Origin: Bugula neritina
Lineage: Eukaryota > Animalia > Bryozoa
Assembly (NCBI GenBank): GCA_964035545.1
Contig: OZ037766.1
Coordinates: 15,428,722 to 15,492,721 of the forward strand
Reading direction: 5' to 3'
Length of the DNA stretch: 64,000 nt
The notes beneath the pieces are model-generated. The model ran no database searches and had not been told where the DNA came from. It saw nothing but the letters and a program-made list of their open reading frames with translations. Made by a program: the position numbers and the translations under genes. This document shows, piece after piece, positions 57,033-64,000 of the stretch (position 1 is the first letter of the stretch; every line of letters starts with the position of its first letter).

Positions 57033-60000
57033 GCTTATTTTTGATTTTTAATACCTGTACAAAACTTCAGAATCATCTATTACACTGTTTTCATCGGCCT
57101 TTTATTTGCAGGCTACTGTAAAATCGAAGTTTTCCTCAATTGTGTATGGATCGCGCATTAATTTGTTTGTTTTTTTTTGTAAATAATTTGTATATATAAT
57201 TTTTAGCAAATAAATATATTATGTGCAATCAGTACAAGTAAGTGTAGTCTATCTCACTCTGCAAATGATGAGTGCAACTGTTCCCTACACGCACTGTACG
57301 TACTAAGTATATAAAATATTAATTGCACCTGTAGTTGCTATGTTCCAAATGTAGTTATTATGTGACAAATATGCTGATTAAAATTTTACTAAAATCATGC
57401 CAACCTCCCAACTTAATAATTTGCTTAGTTAGCATTTGATAGAATAAACCTAGTTTTAGTCACCTAACTAGTTGCCATGCAAGCTGCTAGATATAAAGGT
57501 CTAAAGTCTAACATTTGTGGACTGTGTGTATTTTTACCAGTTGGTCAAAATTTCATAATAAATGTGAGGTTAACGCCTTTTTTCATAGTATCCCATTGTT
57601 GATGTTTATATTGTGGTGTCCAAGTAAAAATGTAATTTTGAATGTATCCTAACTATTTTTTGCACAATAAGTGATGTAAACACAACTCCTGGGATATCAA
57701 TCACAAAAGATCGTAAAGAGTAGTAAGTTTCTTTCACTGCAACGTTCCATCGATTATTTCTGTAACATGACACTTCAGCTTGAGAAACCAGGCAATGAGT
57801 TGAAGCCAGGTTTTCTTAAATTGGTGAAACTAATACTTTTTATACTTGAAAAGCTGCATTTCTTCCCAATTTTATCTATATGCAACTGGTCTATTTCTAG
57901 AATGATATGAAGAGGTTATAATTATTTTCATTTTTATACTGTCAGCTTCCTGCTATTTCTATAGGAAAAATAAGATTGCCTATATAAAATTTATTTATAT
58001 AGGTAATGTGATTTTGAATTAAGTTAGAGGAGAGAGAGCTGTTTTCACAATATACTTGATTATATTTAAGTGCAGTGAATTATAGTTTATTATTTAAAGG
58101 ACTACAAAGCAATAAGGTTTCTGAAATCAGTTGAGAGATAAATAGCAAATTAGCTTTATAAAAGCTGTATATAGTTACAGTTTCCATTGTATGAGTTGTT
58201 GTATTAGAGTGAACTAAAAGCTTACTAGAGCACTAGCTGCTGTTAATTTTACCTTTTGCACCTGTAATAGTGACTGTAACAATAACTATTGCTACAAACT
58301 CAAACAAGTATAATAGATGAGACGCACATTATGTATGTATGCAATGCCTCAGGTTATAGGCTAAAGCTAGATGTATTTATCAAGATCTGTACTTGTTATG
58401 ATTTCTATAAATCTAATGCTTTTAGAAACTTGCTTGTGTTAAACTTCAAAGTAAGATATTTTAATTTCTTCACTTTACTCAGGTATAAAGCCATTAACGT
58501 TCTAACAACTCCAACATTTTATAAACCACTTACGATTTGTGGATAGACATAAACAAATTTTGGCAAAATAACTCATTAAATCAGTTTATTCAAATGCTAA
58601 CAAAAGTTTATGAAGCTACTATATCTTTTTTAAAAATAATTTTTAATGTTATATTCCACATAATAACTTTTTAATATTCCAACAAATCAATCACCACTGC
58701 CATAGTATTCAACAGCAACTAAAAAACATATAAGTATATCCCTACACTCAAAGTATTGAACCAACACTTTGAAACTATTTTTTAAATTACATAGTTTTTA
58801 AATTCCTAGTACTATAAGTAATTTTCATCAAAATTTTTTATTCCATCCATATTGAATTTTTTTTTAATTCTCATAGCTACAATGATAGCTTTATATGCTC
58901 TTAGTACACAGTTACTGACCGCTCACTAGCATTAAATAAATATATAGGTAACAAATAAAGCTTTCCTGGTTTTAGAAGCCTAATTTTTTTGTTCACAACA
59001 ATTACAAGATAATATGCATAGTACCATTATAGTACATATTTTCATGAGTCATAATTAAGGTTATTTCTTACAGAAATTTAATAAAAAATGCCTGAATTAG
59101 AGCACAAATATACTACGTTGCATAAGCTTGAAACATATAAGAACACAAAATACTTCTAAATATTTTTTAGAGCTAACAAAATAAATAAGAGAAATTAGGA
59201 ATGATTCATGAATGCCTTGTAGCGCCAACTCTATAATATGTCAGAAGAAAGCCCTTCAGAACCTTTATGAAGCTCATATAGTGCAAAAGTCATTTATTTT
59301 TACGAGCATGTAATATCAGTTTACAACATAACTTTATATTTGTTTTGACTTATAGTTAATTAATAGTAGTACATAAGCATTGAAATATACAATACATATA
59401 TACAAAACATTGCAGTAAACCTTTCTGTTTGCAGTTCAAAAACTTAATGTTAAAATTAATTCTAAAAAAGATGTTTAAATTGATGTAATGTTCACTGATA
59501 TATTTTTGTATTGTGGTCAACTATAAAGATCATGATTTAACAACATATCCATATACCCTTGGCAATAAACCAGCAACAAAAATACCTAAATCAATAACAA
59601 TAAGGTTGCAATAACTTATAAACTTGCCTGGAATAAGTTCATAGAGTTATGAAGCCAATGTACGAATACAGTTGAATAATAGTAATAATACAACTACTGT
59701 CTCATTTTCACTTTAAACATAATATATTTGCTAACTAATAACATTTGGCTTACAATTGTATTTTTTCAACAAAATATTATCTAAATTGTGTTAATTATAT
59801 TATGCAGAGTTGAAAGAGCGTTTCTCAATAGCAAACAGTCTTCTTGATTCACCTAATAGTTTTAATACTGAAATATAAACTTGTAACATAATAATGCTAT
59901 TGCCTGCAGTTCAGTGGTTAGAGCATTTAGAAGTTGGGAAAGACAACTCTATTGTTTCTGCGTTGACTGAGAAAATTTAGTAACTATAGTTATGAAATAA

Positions 60001-60660
60001 TTTTCTCAGAGTCACTATGTAATTGAGTCTGGAGTCTGGTCTCGAATAGTTTTGGCTAACGCCTACGTATACTAGCCTTAACTATAATCGTTGCGTTCAT
60101 CAAGGTACACTCATAATAGTCATTCAAAATCCTTACAAATACTAGTAAATTTACTACTATTTGATAAGCAGTGGCCAATCGACGTATTATACCTGCTGTT
60201 TCGTTCTAGCATCGAAAATATAAGCAGCGTGTCAGTCGGTCTATAAACTTAACAATTGGTTTCTTTTTATTTAGAGGGTTATTTGAAGTGTGTCCTTGGT
60301 GCAACTGCAAGCGTACTGATACGATCACATCAAGTATAGGTATTAAAATAATCAAAATTAAACAAGTTGTATTCATTCAATGTATTATCGTTAACGCAAA
60401 ATAATACATACTAAATTTGATAGGACTTGCACACTAGCCTTATAAACACTGAAACCAGCACCACGACTACGTTTACTGTTAGTTAGTGTTACACTTACTG
60501 TTGGTCAAAGTCAAACTGAAACTGTCACTGTGAATGTAAGTGAAATATAATATTATTATTAATAACATTAATAATCATATTAAAATAAAATTCATTTACT
60601 TTTAGTATAAGTATTTATCTATCATTGATTTTGATTTTCAATGTTTGATTTAAAACATCT

Positions 60661-60722
60661 AATAGTAATTGTAATACTAATACTAATAGTAATACTAATA
60701 CTAATACTAATAGTAATAGTTA
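60661..60722. repeat. (AATACT/AATAGT)n hexamer repeat
   Basis: Seen directly in the sequence. Confidence 0.8.
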
Positions 60723-63700
60723 TAGTATTGCCAGTAGTTATTGTAAAGTTTGCAAGTTAGTTAAGTTTTACATCTCAGTCCAACTAATTCTAACTGTAAG
60801 GTGTAGTTGAATAGGCTGTGGTTGCAGTTGATAATATAAAATTAAATAATATTTATAAATTAATTTATTTTATTAATTTCATCTTTAACCTTAGGATTAT
60901 CATTGTAAGTATCATTATTATAAAATGAAGTATTAGATTTGCTATTACTTACAGTTTTTAAGGTAATGTTAGGCAGTAATAGATATTAATAGGTATTCAT
61001 TAATTACCATATGTGGTTAGTATTGCATTTAATTTTATAGAATGTGCAACTTCAACTTTTTTAGCTTACAGTACTGACTATATAAATAATAAAACAAGTC
61101 ATTTAATACTGATAAGTTTCTGTTAGTGTTGTATGTTTTAGTATGGTTTTTCCTCTAAAGAAACTGGTAATGCAATTATGCAGAAATGATTCTGGTATAC
61201 TCCATCACATTAAATATATATTTGATTTTTCATTTAACAATTTGAAATGGAAAACACATGCCATGTTAGGCTAAGGCTAAGCATACAGCGTAAGAGTAAC
61301 AACCTAGACAGTCTAGATTTCACTCTGAAGTTGACCATGATATTGGCTAAAACATGAAATTGTGACATATTTCATCAATTTGAACTCAATTTATTTATTT
61401 TTTATCCATCTGTAATCAAAGCAGTGCCCAAAACATTTTCAATATTTAAAATAGTAGTTAATAATAGTAGTACTAATGATAACAGTTGTAACAATTGACT
61501 GCATCAAGGTGAAGTGAAGTAATGGATTGAAGAAAGTTTAAGGCCAAACCAGCAATGTATCCATTCTAGCTCGTTTAAGGAATTTTGAATCTTTGATGCA
61601 ATACAATACATGCAGTGCCTAATTAAATATAAGATTCATAGGAGAGGTTAAGCAGTTGCTGAATTAATAGATTTAGCAAGCAGTTCAAGAATGGGGGAAT
61701 TAACTCTCGCTTTAGCTCTAGTTGACTATATTTATTTGGGCTTAATGATTGATCTTAAAATAGACATCTACTGACGCTTAAAATACAGTAACCAGAAAGT
61801 CTTCCTAATATAGCTAGTTTGATTATTTGGTATAGTTTAAATTATTTGTGAAAATGATACTGAATCCAAAGAAATGTGTTTGGACAATAATACATTCGTC
61901 ATGATTTCCTGCAATAAGTGAATTAAAGAACTTTGTAGTCTATTGATTAAAGGTCTTCTGATACCTAATGCTTTTTATCTTATTGTAAGCATTTTGAGAT
62001 TGTCTGAATCTATCTAGGGGAAGTTTGTTATATGCACCAGGAAAATTAGTACTGTTCAGTAGAAGGGCAAAAGCTCTTATCTAAATCCGTTATGTAAAGT
62101 TGAATGATGTCATAAATGCACCTTTTTGTGATTCTTACCACCCTAATTTATAAAATATATTCCGAAACATGCGTTGCAATATAGTGAATTTCTTTCATAA
62201 TTTTTAAAGTAATATTCTTTATTACTCATCCAAATGCAATGCAAAAGTAAGCATTTGATTAAGTTGGTAGTATAAATATTAATAGAAAATGTGAATCATT
62301 AGTGTTATGCTCCACTGCACTAATCTTTTTCCCACCTTGGTAGAAATTACCTACTACTACCACTACCACCATTCCTCCCCACTGCTACTGATACTAATGC
62401 CACGACGACCACCACTGCCATAATCACTGGAATGGCTTGGAAGTTTAAACTCTGAAATTTCAAGCCATATTAGTGATTAGGCTGAGCAGTGCAGCAACTA
62501 ACAATAGCATGCAATGAAAGTTGGCTATAATTAGTATAAATTTTATAGTAGTGGTAAAGTCGAAGTCAAATTTCATTTCCATGCAATCAGAAATCCCAAA
62601 CCATTTCAATACATACTCGCACAAAATTCATTATAAATCAAAATTGTTTAGGCATCCAACCTTAAAACAGTATGCAAATGAAAACTGACATACATAAGAA
62701 CATTTTAGTGCTGCATAAGTGAAGTGTGTCAGGGAGTCTTTAATGAAGCTCACTTGTTACAGAATTAGATGCTACAGCTGTATTTAGTAATATTCTTTTC
62801 AACCAGACTCTGCAGGCAGACCATTTTCGCAAGGAAAAGGACTGTTTACTGCCGATTTGTTATGACCAGACCTTCATATTCACCATGTTAAAGACCCCCT
62901 TTAGCGAATTTGTATTTATCTGATATAGCTTTGGAGTTACAGTAGTATGTAAGGCTGGCACGAAGCCCCTCCCCCTGATGCTAATTGGTGTATTTGGTGA
63001 GCGTATTGTCTTAAGAGATGCCAGTGACAGACAGTATTAAAATACTATTTACTGAACTGCTCATAAAGATAATTAATTGACTTGAAGGTTAATTAGGCAG
63101 AGCCAGTGTTATTTGCTGGCTGTTTAATGATCTGTTGATTAGTTTCCTCTATCACTCACTTGGTTCACTTGGCTCTCTGTTCTTACTCCTAGTTAGGATA
63201 GTTAACATCAATATAATTCTAGCAGGTTCAAATTCGCTATTCCCTCATTTTCTTGTTTTGAGTTAGTAGGCTGTATCCTAATTGCAGGTAAATATTATCA
63301 ACTTTTTTAATGTTGGAATGTTTAAAACTTACTCTGTTTCTTTTCAACTCTCGTTATAATTCACATATATTTTTGCTACTTTAAAGACTGGCTATTTTTG
63401 ATTGGATTTAGTACTTTTGCAAATGTTTTGTGGTTTAACAGAAGTCATATAGGGGGCATTGGTTGGCAGTCTGAATTTTGTGCTAGTTGATGATGTATTT
63501 CCACATTTCCTTAGTGTAATATGGTAATCTTAATTAATTGAACTCTCTGATCCTTATAGAGACCTGTTTGGTATCTTGTTCTGGATAGGCTCTAGTCGAT
63601 TTGACAGCTTCACTCCATAATTTATCTTTACTAGTTGCTATAAACCAGTCTGTTTTCAAGCCAGCAAGGCAAACCTAGACTAACAGATATAATTCTCTAA

Positions 63701-64000
63701 CGTCCATTATCTAAGGTTAATAGCAGGCTTTACTTATTCAAGCATCATATTAAGTTGTTTTGATTTTACACTGCCATTGGAGATTATCTCATGGCATGTA
63801 GAATGCTATTGGCTGCAAGTTAGAAAATACTAACCAGGGATTTTGTTAATCTCCACTCTGACAATTTGCTTTTAGCTTCTATTGAATTTCTTAACCCTAG
63901 TAAACAACAGCTGCCAGTAGTCTCTGATAAACATCTTTTCTCCAATCTTCAATATTTTATCTCATATCTTCATTATTTCACCATCACCTCAGTGAGTATG

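Noticed and set aside
59900-59970. tRNA-like A-box (gttcagtggttagagc); also a B-box-like ggttcaaattc at ~63224
   Set aside because: No cloverleaf or matching second box; at most decayed SINE fragments.
62865-62930. SECIS-like ATGA...AAA...TGAT arrangement
   Set aside because: Spacing and helix pairing do not fit a SECIS element, and no upstream selenoprotein ORF was found.

Overview
AT-rich, intron-dense eukaryotic (invertebrate animal) genomic DNA; the species cannot be determined from sequence alone. Three gene systems can be spliced by hand into open reading frames. (1) The 3' part (34 exons, ~1,990 codons, + strand, 740-21673) of an RNF213/mysterin-like giant AAA+/E3 ubiquitin ligase with a canonical RING and an intact RZ finger. 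It also carries a second, related RING exon spliced in frame far upstream, at the end of the ATPase core, where human RNF213 has none. (2) A ~9 kb tandem duplication (22557-~31300 / 31544-~40065). Each copy holds an intact 5-exon minus-strand gene for a 184-aa protein made of an N-terminal hydrophobic anchor, a short stem and three LDL-receptor class A repeats. Each unit begins in a Penelope-like GIY-YIG fragment, and the copies differ by copy-specific Harbinger-type insertions. (3) A complete 27-coding-exon INTS3 gene (42060-56986, ~1,065 aa). Introns and intergenic DNA contain MITEs, foldback elements, tRNA-derived SINEs, an RTE LINE fragment and mini/microsatellites. The last 7 kb has no supportable coding gene. 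All homology calls come from recalled family motifs, not database searches.
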